The notes beneath the pieces were generated by a model, which worked only from the letters and a program-made list of their open reading frames with translations, was not told where the DNA came from and did no database searches. Of a stretch of 64,000 nt of DNA, positions 1 through 13,394 are shown in pieces. Each line of letters begins with the position of its first letter. Within the stretch, counting starts at the first letter, position 1. The stretch is from positions 113,708,001 through 113,772,000 of the forward strand of contig NC_042998.1 of NCBI RefSeq assembly GCF_006345805.1, in the 5' to 3' direction. The position numbers were made by a program, and so were the translations under genes. The stretch is from Octopus sinensis (lineage: Eukaryota).

Positions 1-51
1 TTACCAAATTTCAGTAGCTTGACTAAGAGGGGGTTTCAATTTTAGCGGTAC

Positions 52-458
52 TTAACCCCTTACCCAACAATTATTTTGAAAATAAATGTATTTTTTCAGA
101 CATATTTTTTATTGTTTTATTTTACTATGTTTTGAATGGTGATTTCGAGGTATATTTCAAACCTTATTTATTATTCATAAAATGTGCCTTCCAACCCTTC
201 GACTGTCTCCAGGTGACTAAATCATACTCGGTCTTCAATGCCTTACTCAAGCGAAAGGTGGCAGAAATCGTCACTGCCAGACGTATAAAGTGAGCGAATA
301 TACTCGTATATGTCAAAAAAGAGTTTATAATAGACAAAGGAACTCGTTTGCTGTCGATTTTGGCAAGTCTATCTTTTGACGAGTTAACTCGCCAGAGATA
401 GAAGAAAAAAGATTTCGGTCAAAACGCATATATTCGTTTCTGCCGGGTAAGGGGTTAA
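52..458. mobile_element. piggyBac-type non-autonomous MITE (~400 bp)
   Basis: TTAA at 52-55 and 455-458 flank inverted termini CCCCTTACCCaaCA (56-69) and TGccGGGTAAGGGG (441-454), matching at 12/14 positions. A TTAA TSD with CCC termini is the piggyBac signature. No ORF. Confidence 0.8.
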
Positions 459-835
459 TATCGGTTGTTATCATATAAAATCTGTTATAATCAACCAATA
501 TATCGCTTTTGTTTGATTATTCGAAGTTAGTAGTCTTCCTTATACAATACATAAACCTGCATATCACACTTTTTGGTCAGCATTTTTTGTCTGGTGTAAA
601 ATTCTCTCTATGTTTTTTAGGGTGATGGATGTTTCACGAGTCGGTAAATATTATCTAAACATAATTTTAGTTCTGATTTCTACCCATTCAACAATATCAT
701 TGTAGATATTGGTGTTACCTTTTCTATATTATTGTGTAATAATAGTAATGACAACAATGTCTATCGATCTGACTATATCTTCACACACACACATGCACGC
801 ACACACGTACGCACGCACACACAAATACACATATA

Positions 836-935
836 GAGTAGCATGGTTCAGTGGTTAGGATGTTGCACTCATGATTATAAGATTGTGGTCTCGATTCCTG
901 GATGGGTTGTGTTTTTGAGCAAAACCACTTCATTT
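836..935 (+). mobile_element. tRNA-derived SINE head (family C), truncated
   Basis: Pol III A-box-like TGGTTCAGTGG and B-box-like GGTCTCGATTCC; similar to the head of the minus-strand copy at 57740-57810. Confidence 0.6.
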
Positions 936-951
936 AAAGTAACACAGTTCA

Positions 952-987
<36 letters not shown>

Positions 988-1151
988 ATATATACATACA
1001 CACACATACTCTTATATGTATGTATGTATATATATATACATAAGTTTATATATACACACATACAGACAGGCAGACTCACATGCACACGCACATATATGCA
1101 CGTATGCATGCATGTATGTGTTTGTGTATGTATGTATTATACATACTTATG

Positions 1152-1195
<44 letters not shown>

Positions 1196-1778
1196 CACAT
1201 TCATAATACTTTGGGTGTATACATGGAAAATATGAAGTGAGCTTTTTATTGCATTTCTAAAAGGAAGAAAAATTTAAAAGGAAACACTCAAATATTCGCA
1301 TGTTCACGTAGATATAATGCAGACACAACTATTAAACATAGATACGTGAAACAACATAACATACAAAAACTTCTTGAATGCCACCAGGCCTCCATCGCTA
1401 TTCACACTATTCCTATCTCTTGACACATACACACACACACATATCAACCAACCGACCATCTTACAATAAACAAAAGAACAACAAGACAACTGTGAAGAAA
1501 CAACTTTCATACTGAATAAAAAAACAATCGTTAGAAAATGAAAAAGTTTCTCTAAAGATAACGAAACACATGAGAGAACTGACTCTATCAGACAGCGAAA
1601 CCTGATGCCATTTACACCTACTTATTACTGTTGTGTGGGTGGGATTCAGGTATCCATGCGTCTCCTTCAACAAGCTTAATATAGAACTAACATTATGATT
1701 ATATATATATATATATATGTATGTATATATACACACACATATATATACATATACATACATATATATATATTTATATAC

Positions 1779-1820
<42 letters not shown>

Positions 1821-2020
1821 GTATATATATGTATATACATATATATGTGCATGTATATATACATATACATATATGCGTATGTACATATATATTTGTATGT
1901 ATGTATATATATATATATATACGTACATATATATATATTTATATAATATATCATATATATAATATACATATACATATAAAGTATAATGTATATATAATAT
2001 AATATGTAATATAATATGTA

Positions 2021-2081
<61 letters not shown>

Positions 2082-2518
2082 CATGCACCTTATACATGTG
2101 CAGTTATGTAAGAGACTATGCGTATGTGTGCTTACGTGATAGAGCATCTGTGTATGTATGCTGCTGTTTGATCCAGTGATTACATTACACGTTTATATGA
2201 GTATATTGCACTGGGTTCTGTATTTAGTATTAATTATATCTTTTTGGCGTTTTGGTTATTTTTTGTGGACCCTTAAATCTTTTACACCGAAATGAGAAGT
2301 ATGATTTATATATGTATATATGTTGCCTCTGACAAATAACATATTACTTCAACAATAACAACAACAACAACAACAATAATAATAGCAATGATAATAATTA
2401 TAATAATAATAATAAGTAACCCGCTACACACATAAACCCTACCGGGAATAAGACTGCACCTGAGTGAAATCAAAAATAATAACAAAAAATCCCAGTGTCA
2501 CTTTGATGGCATGCGTTA

Positions 2519-2553
<35 letters not shown>

Positions 2554-2631
2554 ACTCAATGGTTATAATAATAATAACGAGAACAGGAACAACAACAAGT
2601 AGAACAGCAATAGCAACAACAATAATGATAA

Positions 2632-2875
2632 ATTATTGTTGGCTCCTTAGGAAGAATACCAGAAGGCATCAAGAGGAATATAAAAGAAATTGGAATAGAG
2701 TGCCCAGCAGAACTGTTACAAAAAGTTTGTCTCCTTGGCACGGCCAGAAAAATCAGGAAAGTATTAGATAGCTGAAAAGAACAGATAGCATAGTACCATA
2801 CACTACAGGTAGTAAGACCGTTATACATGTAAGACTCCAGGAGCTCCAACAAAACCTGCGATAACGTGAAAATAA
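2632..2875 (+). mobile_element. R4/Dong-clade non-LTR retrotransposon, 5'-truncated 3' end (family X)
   Basis: 2632-2775 translates IIVGSLGRIPEGIKRNIKEIGIECPAELLQKVCLLGTARKIRKVLDS*, the typical RLE-element C-terminus (xIVGALG...QKxxLLGTARILRKVL). Short 3'UTR, then (TAA)n. Confidence 0.8.
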
Positions 2876-2895
2876 TAATAATAATAATAATAATA

Positions 2896-2930
<35 letters not shown>

Positions 2931-2938
2931 TAATAATA

Positions 2939-2971
<33 letters not shown>

Positions 2972-3118
2972 GGCCTGCAATAAGGGTGGGGATTTTGCAG
3001 AAAACAGCACTGCTTGAAACCGCTCATATATTCCAGGTAGCGCTCGAAAAATAAGGGGTGTTATCTTAGTTCACTTGTAGTGAACATCTCCAACCTTAGA
3101 AGCTGTGCAAAGACAATA
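2972..3118 (+). mobile_element. R4/Dong-clade 3' end fragment (family Y)
   Basis: 2974-3054 translates PAIRVGILQKTALLETAHIFQVALEK*; (TAA)n on both sides. Confidence 0.7.
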
Positions 3119-3221
3119 AATAATAATAATGATAATAATAATAATAATGATAATAATAATAATGATAATAATAATGATAATAATAACAATAATAATAATA
3201 ATAATAACAATAATAATAATA

Positions 3222-3870
3222 TAAAAGATGGTCTACAGCAAATACTCTGCTCAATACCACATTTGTTTGACCGTAACCAGTTGAGCATGTCCCTTAGTGG
3301 GTGACGATATGTACATCTCTGATCACGAGCAGAAGTAGTGGGAGAGCATCATAGCCATGAGTTGAGAGGGATTCTTTGGGGTTGGAATAATTCACTTCCG
3401 GAAACATGGGTGTTTCGTTCAACATCCCTAAACAACCCTTATTTTCAAAAATTTTTGGGAAAAATTTTCAAAAATTTTTGAGGTAAATTTTCAAAAATCT
3501 TTGAGGTAAATTTTCAAAAATTTTTCAAAAATTTTTTGGGAAAATTTTCAAAGATTTTCAAAGATTTTTGGGAAAAATTTTTAAAAAACTTTTCGGGAAA
3601 ATTTTCAAAAATTTTTCAAAAAATTTTCGGGAAAATTTTCAGAAATTTTTCGAAAATTTTTCGAAAATTTTGAGCGAGATGGGTTACTCGACCAGAAGAC
3701 AAGGTCATGTGCTGTTTATCTTGATATGAGATCACCATGTCGCGCACATATGGTTGTGATGCATGTGCCTAGTGTACCCTTATCAGACGGGTAGTCATGA
3801 TAGGTATACTGGGCTTCGTATATTTTACCCCAGTGTCACTTTGATGGTATAGACTGCTCTCTCACTCAAT
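3222..3870 (+). mobile_element. Interspersed repeat ending in (TAA)n, probably a long retrotransposon 3'UTR (family Z)
   Basis: Its 3' end (CCCAGTGTCACTTTGATGG...CTCTCTCACTCAAT) is also present at 2491-2560. It starts and ends at TAA repeats and contains a minisatellite. Confidence 0.5.
3441..3672. repeat. Minisatellite, ~11/22-bp unit (AAAATTTTCAAAAATTTTTGGG-like)
   Basis: About 10 degenerate tandem units read directly. Confidence 0.85.
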
Positions 3871-3944
3871 AATAATAATAGTAATAATAATAATTATTAT
3901 AATAATAATAATATTAATAATAATGATAATAATAATAATAGTAA

Positions 3945-4262
3945 TTGACCCACGAATAGTCAAGAAGTAAGGCGAAAAATAGGTAAATTCAACCCTCTTA
4001 AATATGAAATACGAAATAGTTTGGCTATGGAAAATGAAGGTGAAGATAGTGTCAGTTATTGTTGGGTTTTTGGGAACAGTATCAGAAAGCATCAACACTA
4101 ATATCAAAAAATTGGAATAGAGTGTCCAGTTAAACTGCTACAAAATGTTTGCCTTCTTGGCACGACCAGAATAATCAAGAGAGTATTAGATAGCTGAAAA
4201 TAACAGATAGCGTGGTACCGTAGGCTGCAGGTAGCAAGCCCGCTATGCATGCAAGACTCGAT
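3945..4262 (+). mobile_element. R4/Dong-clade 3' end, second copy of family X
   Basis: Frameshifted translation ...MKVKIVSVIVGFLGTVSESINTNIKK/IGIECPVKLLQNVCLLGTTRIIKRVLDS*; nucleotide similarity to 2632-2850. Confidence 0.8.
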
Positions 4263-4841
4263 GATGATGATGTTAACAACAATAATAATAATGGTAATCA
4301 TCATCATCATCATCGTCATCATCATATTTGGTGTAATGAGTGAGGTAATGGGTTTAGGCTTTGTTTAAATGAATAAAAAAAAAAGTAAAAATGACTCAAT
4401 TGCACTACAGACCACTTGGGAATGGTTCCTACACATATATATAAGCATATGGAGCGATAGGGAAAAAGCTTTGCTTATTCACTGATAAAACTTATATTCT
4501 GCTTCATATTTTGGTTATTTTCTGCCTTACAAATGTGTTTATCATTACTGAAGGTATTATTTCGTTATTTCAGTGTTTGAAGTATGCGTATGTGTTTATG
4601 TATGCATGCATGTGTATAAATATTTATATGTATGTATACACACACGCACATGTCTATATTTATTTGCAATTATGCACATATGCATAGATATGCATACATA
4701 TACATTATGTGCATATATGTGTATATACTTGTTTATGCATGTATGTATATAAAGTCATATATATATAAAATACATATAATACATATAGTGCATATATTTA
4801 CATTTTATATGTATAATAAATAACATGTATACTAAACAAAT

Positions 4842-4895
<54 letters not shown>

Positions 4896-5674
4896 GTGTG
4901 TGTGTGTGTGCATACATGTATATTCCAGTATACGTTTATGCATATATGTATGACTGTAGGGTATGTATATAATGTATGTACGTATGTATGCATGCATGTA
5001 TTACATGTATGTATACATATTTACATATATATATATGTAGGTATTCATACTTACACACACACACACACACACATATATGTATATATGTATGTATACATAC
5101 TTATCAGTAGTATCGTACAGAAGCGTTTTTTTTTTGTCGTCAATGTTTTAGCTATTAGTTTGTGTGGAACAATTGTTGTTACTTCCATCTCAGCTTTTAT
5201 CGCAATCTCAGAAATGAAGGAGAGCAGCCAGCTTGTCTGTGTAGCCCACCTGGAAATTTTTTTCTATGTTTGGAGGGGCAGGAGAGATACTTGGCTTTAC
5301 CCACTGTGTAAAAAATTCTTTACCTGATTCTTCAAACGTTGTTCTGTTCTTTTCCCTCCATATGTTCTTTCGCTGTTTTTCTTTTATCTTTTTTCTTTTG
5401 CAGAACTTTCCTTCTTTATGTCGTTTATTCTTTCTATCAGTTTTTTTCTTTCTTTCGTTCCTTCATGTTTTCTCTCTTTCGTTCCTTTCCTTTTTCTTCT
5501 TTTCTTCGTATTTTTTTATTCATTTAATATTTTTTTCTTCCGTTTTTGTTTTTTGCCATTCATTATTTTCTTCGTATACCTTTTTTGTCTATTTTCTTCT
5601 ATTTCCTATTGTTTATTCTTCCGATAATTTATGAATTTCCTTCCTCCTTTTCTTTCTTCCTTTCTCCCTTCCTG

Positions 5675-5675
<1 letters not shown>

Positions 5676-5768
<93 letters not shown>
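5676..5768. repeat. (TTTC)n microsatellite inside a pyrimidine-rich tract (5340-5950)
   Basis: Direct reading. Confidence 0.95.
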
Positions 5769-5771
<3 letters not shown>

Positions 5772-8700
5772 TTCCTTTCTTTCTATTTCTATATTTCTCT
5801 CTTCCTCTTCTCTGTCTGTCTGTCCGTCTGTCTGACTCTCTCTGTCTCAGTCTCCATCCCTATCTATCTTTCTCTCTTTTGATCATTTATTCAATATCTC
5901 TTTCTATCTTTATTTTTGTCTTTCTTAATTCTTTTTAGTCTATTTTTCTTTAATTTATTCCTATTTTATTTTTAAACTCTACAATGACTTTCTTTCATTG
6001 TTTGATTTGCAGTTTACTTTTATTTTCAAATTTCCACCATTATTTACTGATTGCAGACCCCCGTTCGTTATTTTCCACTGTAAAATGGTCGAGTTATCAC
6101 TACCTGTATTGAAATATTTAAGGGCTTTTTTGTGATACCACGAAATACTTTTGTTTCGTGCTAGAAATTCTTATGGGGAACTAATTCACTGTAAAATAAT
6201 TATTTCAGAAGCTTAAAATCATCAGGATTGATAACATGAACAATTCAACCCGACCAAAGGATATATTTATAAAGCAAAATTCTACATCGAGAAAGTCCGT
6301 TTATGCAAACAAGCATAATTGTCTTTCATATACAGCTTACTTGAGGCAGGTGTAAAGATCACCTTGGTTTTCTTTAGGATTATCGCGAGTCCAAATACAG
6401 CACAAGAGGTCCATTTTTTTCCATAAGTTATTCCGGTTGAGTCATCAATGCATAACGAATCATGAATTAGAGTTAACAATTGTAATTATTTTTATAAACG
6501 TCACCTATTAATCGTCTTCTTAGAAAAAACTTTTTGTTACATTAGTGTTGTATTTAACTAATTTTTTTCATGTTTTAAAGAATTTTCTATTATTTTACTC
6601 TAACTTTCATCCTCTCTCTAACCTCGCATTTTTCCTCTCTTTTTCGTTTCTCTTGTTCATTTTTCACGTTTTTTGTCTTCCGTTTACACATTTCACAATC
6701 CTCGGCATGCCACACAAATTTTCTTTTCCCTTAAGTTTTTTGCACAAGTGTTGTATTGCAATTATGCTTTCTCCAATTTTTCTCATTGTTTTCTCACTCC
6801 TCTTTTCTTCCCGAACTCCTACCCTTTCTCTCTTTTTTCGTTCTCTTCCATGTAATAGCGTCTCACTCCCATACCCTTGCACTACTTTTATTACATCCCC
6901 CGCATTCCTTTGACTTTCCATTCTACCTCACTCGAATTCGCTTCCACCACCTCATTTCCACGCTTTCCTCTCACCCACAATAGGATTACACATACAGCAA
7001 CGCCCCACACCCTAGCAATCCACTTCTCCACACCATTATACTTCGGTACTTGCACACAGCTACACACATACACCCCTCAAAAAGTTCACTCGCACCACTT
7101 GTTTAAAGGATGTGGGTTTTCTCTTTTTTACTAATCACCTTCGGCAGCTTGTCACCCTCTTCTACATTCCATTTCATTACCATCGTCATAAGTTCAACGA
7201 ATTTGTACTACAGTATGGAGGATCTTGAGCTTCGAGTTTCTCGTCATTGGCTTCCTGTCCAACTTCGGACAGCTCTTGGCGCCGAGGTTGTGTTGCGCAC
7301 CCATGCAGTTTCCGAAATTGTGTTCTTGCTGTCTGCACAGTTTTCTCTATTCAGTGTCTCTAACTCTCCTCAACGGAAAGTCCTTAAATGCTTTTTACAT
7401 CTTCATACGTAATAGCTGAGCTTTCTTTTCTGTACCACCATAAGACATACTTCAGATGTTGCTTCGCGGTCTTTACGTATCATCAGGATTTGTAAAACCA
7501 TAGAGATTCAACCCAACCACATGTTGTTAAAGGATGTACTCACATTAGAACTCACAATACGCTCCTGTTGTAGCAGAAAAATGACAAGGAGTCGGTGTCA
7601 ACATCCGATGTCTTTTACAACAACCCTCGTATTTCTTCCCTTATGCCAGCTTTCTCATTTTGACCTTTGGTTTAAACACGTGACCAGTTCCGTCAAATAA
7701 AGATCTTGCTCCACATGCCGGCCAGAGGCACATATATTTTAAGTTACACAGAAATCCCTTTATAAATTCGGATATGCACAAATAAGACACTATTCGTTCT
7801 TGCTTTTGTGTGGTGGCTTCAGGTATAAAAAGGCAGGTTTTAGCCACATAGATTTGCCGAACAATTTTTATTTGAACTGGAAGGTGTTGAACTAGAAAGC
7901 CCATATCTAGGTTTACTAAGGCTAGATCTCACTTTTCTTTCTGACATTAAAAATTTCAGAATTAATTTCATTAGGCAAAGTATGAGTGTGTGTAAATGGT
8001 ATTGCTGTTGTTGAGCGTTATTGATTGTGAACAATTCACGTTAGTGATATTGTGTATAGACATTTTGTTTTTTTATTTTTAAAGTGTATTTTTGCTGTAA
8101 ATATTCCTCAATTTTTTTTGTTTTTAGCGTGTTTAAACTCTTTGGATTTACGGTCGCCTTCGTTATTGTTTTAGGCGGGCTTTCCATAAGGCGTTTTAAC
8201 CTATTATTTTTTTTATCTGATCCCTGCATAGGTAGACATCTAAATTATTGTTCAAGACATCCCTATACATGAAAATAAATGAAAAAATATCATTCTTCCA
8301 TGCTGTTTCACCTGGTAAAACCTAGAATTATGAAGAGTGATATGAACCCCCACCCATTAACAATAGTAATAATAATAATCAGAGCAGCTGCACTAGGAAT
8401 CAATTTACTACTATTTACTGCTGTTATCTTTGTATAGGTGAAAAAAGTAAGTCGGCAGTATAAAATAATCTCAGATGTTATAGAATTCTCAGTTCTATCA
8501 CACTTTACCATAATTCAATTCATCATTGCTATAAATGAATATTTCATTAGTTTAATTTGAAACAATTTACGACATTGTAGGAATATTGCACGAACCTGCT
8601 GCTTCCCAGTGGAATGGTAGTGTTGTTGGCGGGTGGTGGCGGTGGGGATGTAGGTTGGAGCAGAGTGGAAAATGATAGAAGATTGAAAAAATATTCACCC

Positions 8701-8834
8701 GCATACACACACATGCTTGTGTGTGTGTGTGTGTGTGCGTGTATGTGTGAGTGTATGGGTGCGAGAGTGCGTGTGTATATACATATACAGACATATATAG
8801 ATATATAAGTATATATATGTATGTCTCTGTATGC

Positions 8835-8884
<50 letters not shown>

Positions 8885-8939
8885 ATATATAATATATATA
8901 TATATTCATATACATATACATAGTATATTCATATACATG

Positions 8940-8975
<36 letters not shown>

Positions 8976-9001
8976 GCATATACATGTGCATATACATAGA
9001 C

Positions 9002-9040
<39 letters not shown>

Positions 9041-9905
9041 TAAAGAGATAGGAAAATACATAAAGCAAAATAATAAATAATAAACCACAACAAGAATATA
9101 ACATAGAAGTAATATCGAAAACACAGCCATCGCTTTCTCTTTCCGCAACGAATACGTAGATCATACTCACACACATACACACCAACATGCTCACAAACGC
9201 ACACGCAAAAATATGTAGAAAAAAAAACCAAACAAAAAACGAAAACAACTAAGGAAAAACAGCTGAAAACTCATCTTCTGTTGGTAGGCTATGAGGTAAT
9301 AGAGTAATAAAGAAAAAGAAAAGAGAAAACAAAAACCATAAGAAATTATTAAAAAATGTGTAATATTATCTTATAATGCAATCATTTTTGAAAAGTTCGT
9401 CCAAGTGACGACTTGAGTTCTGTTTATCAATTTATTGTTTCTCTGTGTTGCATCAACATTCCCCATACACTGTTTTAATAGAATGATATTTTATATATAA
9501 TTTCACTTAAGAGTGTGCTAGGCTAGATAATTATAAATATACTCACTATTAACTGGTTTTTCAAATGACCAAAAAAATTTTTTTTGAAAAATGACTGAGA
9601 ACAAGAAATAATAAACGAATGCAATGAAAGTACCAGAAACAAATATGTAAACGAACCAATGGAAAAAGAATTTCTTTGATCATCTCTCTCTCTCTGTTTT
9701 CTTCATTTTCTCTCTCACTCTGTCTGACTTACTCTCTGTCTTTCTCAGTCTGTTATTTTATCTCTTCCTCTCTCCGTGTTTTTTCATTTTCTCTTCATTT
9801 TTTTCTCCCTCTACTTTTTCTCCTGTGTCACCGTTTTTCTTCTATCTTCGTTTATCTCTACTTCTTCTTCTCCCTCCAAGAGAATAGAGAGAAGTAGTAG
9901 AGAGT

Positions 9906-9968
<63 letters not shown>

Positions 9969-10076
9969 TAGAAGGCAAGACAAAATATGCAGAGAAAGCT
10001 CTATATCTGATTTTGTTTCTTTTTCTTCCTCTGCGTTTTTTCTTTTATTTCCTCCTATTAAAAGAGTAACTGTAAG

Positions 10077-10138
<62 letters not shown>

Positions 10139-11111
10139 ACCAAAACCAACAGCAACAAAAACAATTGCAAAACTAAAATAAACAAAAGGGGATTGTTTTG
10201 TATTTTTAAAAAAAATATGGGTGTGTAGGTATGTATTGTACAATACTATTTTCATATTTAAAATTGAAAGGAACTTTTCATTTGCATTATGAAAAAACCA
10301 AATAGGAATCAGTCTTTAAGTTGCAATGTGAAATCAGTTAAAAACTATAATTTTCAACTTCATACAGAAAGAGAAAAAATCAATTATAAGATATTAACTA
10401 TTTTGTTGCGTTTTTCAATTGCTAAAGAATAAGAAAAAAGTTATGCTGCAATCCTTTTACGATTGAGATAAAAAAATATTACAATTCTATATTTTGTTTA
10501 TTGAAACTAAGTAAGAGTATGAAGAAATTGTAGAAACATTGACGATATCAGTACAGGGAAAGCTGTATAGGTTAACCTGCTTGCTTGAAAACCACGTCGA
10601 ACCAGGTTCGATCTCACTGCGCGCCATCTTGGACTATTGTCTTCTTTCATAATAGAAGAGGTGTTAAAATACCGGATAAAATGCCTTGCAGTATTTGTTT
10701 CACTTCTCGCCGCTCTGAGTTCAAATTCCTTTGGGGCTGATTTTGCTCTTCGTTTCTTCAAAGTCAATGAGTTAATAAAATACTAATCGCATATTGAGAA
10801 AATGTCTTTCTTTCTTCCTTTCATTCATTCATTCATTCATTCATTCTTTCTTTCTTTTTTCTTTCGTTCTTTCTTTCTTTCTTCTATTTTACCCCCTCTC
10901 TCCTCTCTCCCCCCTCTCTCTCTGAATCAACTATGATGATGGGAGCCATGAAAGGAGGATTCACTTTACGATCCTACCGATCCTCTCAATCACTTCGTGG
11001 ATTCATTATGAAAAGAATAGCTTCAGCTTAACCAAAGATTTATGAGTTAAATTTTAGTAGAAAGAAACTATGCGGAAGTTCATCGATATTTTGTGCGTGC
11101 TTATCTCTGTT

Positions 11112-11142
<31 letters not shown>

Positions 11143-11182
11143 CTGACTCTCTCTGACTCTCTCTATATACACACACACGCAC

Positions 11183-11250
<68 letters not shown>

Positions 11251-11333
11251 ATGTGTATATATATATATATTATGTATATATATATATATATATATACATA
11301 CATCATATATATATATGTATACATATACATACA

Positions 11334-11415
<82 letters not shown>

Positions 11416-11989
11416 ATATGCATGCGAATTTGCAGAATCATTAGAGCGATGGACAGAATGTGTCGCAGTATTTGTTTCGACCTTCTGCGCTCTGGGTTCA
11501 AACCCCATGGAAGTAAGCTTTGCCTTTGATCATTCCGGGGCCAATATAAACGTACAAAACAGAAAACTCAAAAGAACCGTGCGGCATTTATACCAGCTCT
11601 TTGTTTTCTGAGTTCAAATGCCGCCATGGCCTGCACGAGTCGTAGACTTAAACTGTCACTCGGTTTAGTACCATCACTTGTTGCCTAAAGTGCCTTTAGC
11701 GGAATCCACTCTGTTGCAAGAATTCGGGCTAAGTTTCTGGCCAGGGGAGTACTTTCTCCCCCACTTCCATCAATCTCGGACGCCTTGTAACGAGCCTACC
11801 CTTTCTTAATCAATATTTTGTTACGTTTCTGTATGTTTTGAGTCCAAATCCTGCCATTCGCCATTCTACAGTCGATAAAATAAGGTTCTAGTAAAGTATT
11901 AGGCCTCTATGATCAACCGTACTCGTGTAACCTTTGAGGTCAAATATCTACTGTGGTCTTTTTGGGGCCAATATAATAAGTAATAGTAT

Positions 11990-12172
11990 AGCAGCGAGTT
12001 GGAAAAACGTTAGCACGCTGGGCAAAATGCCTAGCGGTATATAGTGTCTTTACGTTCTGTGTTCAAATTCCGACGAAATCGACTTCGTCTTTCATCCTTT
12101 CGGGGCCGATAAAACAAGTACCCCGCGCCCTGCAGTCTTGCTGGCCCTGTGCCAAAATTTGAAGCCAATATT
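11990..12172 (+). mobile_element. tRNA-derived SINE family B (internally deleted)
   Basis: Shares GCAGCGAGTTGG..CGTTAGCACGCTGGGCAAAATG, GTTCAAATTCCG and TTTCATCCTTTCGGGG..GATAAAA with the other B copies. Confidence 0.75.
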
Positions 12173-12992
12173 ATAAGTACTATGAGGAACAATTTAATCA
12201 ACTATTTCCTTCAACAATTTGTGGCATTGTGCCGAAGCTGGAAGTAAATATATTAAGTTCCTGTCAATCGGAATTCAGATACTGTTGGGTATTATTCTGA
12301 CTTCACTCTCTTTGAGATCAATGAAGTACCAGTTAAACTCTCAGTTTGTTTGAATGGGATATAATTCTCCCCCAAAACGTGTGGCCTTGTGTCTATGACA
12401 AAATTCAATATTTATTTATGCTCTTGTAAATTTGAATTCAGCTACATTCAGGGTCCAGTTTGTGCCCCTCAAATCGTCTAGCGCATAAGTAAAATTACCA
12501 GTCAAATATTTCAATTTATTCAGTTCTACTCATATAAAATCAGTTCTTGTATTGATATTACAATTCATTATTAGAAACTAAGAAAAATAGTCTAAATTCA
12601 CTTGTCATTTTGTTTAACTACAAACTACTATTGCTCTTTTAAATATGGAACAACCAGAGCTACAATAACCGGTTCTGATTGTTTGTCTTCTTCAAGCGAT
12701 TGCAACCGAAATGGAGTTTCACAGCACGGCGCCTGGAATTTCTGTCCGCCATTAGATTTCGTAGGTTCTCAATTTCATGGTGTGTCTCTACAACTAGCAT
12801 CAATGTAATTGATTGGTGTACATCCAAGTGCAGAAGCCTCCAAAATACACCATCTGATATGGCCTAATTGTTACACATTTCTTTAACGTAAAACTTCAAT
12901 TTTAAGATATGTTTGATGGTTTTATTTGCATCCAGCGTGATATGATCATACATTAACTAGCATACGTGAAGGGTTAGAAGAGAAATATAGTA

Positions 12993-13147
12993 GGCGCAGG
13001 TATAGCTGTGTGGGAAGAAGCTTGCTTCCCAACCACATGGCTCTGGGTTCAGTTCACTACGTGGCACCATGGGTGAGCTACTATAACCTCGGGCCGACCA
13101 AAGCTTTGTGAGTGGATTTGGTAGACGGAAACTGAAAGAAAACCGTC

Positions 13148-13229
<82 letters not shown>

Positions 13230-13325
13230 TATATTTATGTTGGTGTTTTTGTGTCTGTGTTTGTACCCCACCATCGCTTGACAACGGATACTGGTGTGCT
13301 TACGTTCCAGTAACTTAGCGGTTCG
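12993..13325 (+). mobile_element. tRNA-derived SINE family A (CORE-like), with internal (TA)n
   Basis: Head GGCGCAGG..GCTGTGTGG, B box GGGTTCAGTTC, and body CTCGGGCCGACCAAAGC..GTGAGTGGATTTGGTAGACGGAAACTGAAAG, shared with 4 or more other copies. Confidence 0.85.
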
Positions 13326-13350
13326 TCTTTTGTTTTTTTGTAAATTTTCA

Positions 13351-13394
<44 letters not shown>

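Noticed and set aside
836-935. tRNA genes suggested by A/B boxes here and at other SINE heads
   Set aside because: No cloverleaf or acceptor stem; the boxes run into SINE bodies.
3441-3672. CRISPR-like array
   Set aside because: Contiguous degenerate tandem units without unique spacers, in a eukaryotic context.
5190-5340. Possible exon on either strand
   Set aside because: No recognisable motif, and no consistent acceptor/donor pair with an open frame.
8308-8511. Hydrophobic short ORFs on both strands (TM-like)
   Set aside because: The hydrophobicity derives partly from an (ATA)n run; no splice or homology support.
12602-12870. 60-68-aa open frames in non-repetitive sequence
   Set aside because: Length is within chance expectation and no family is recognised.
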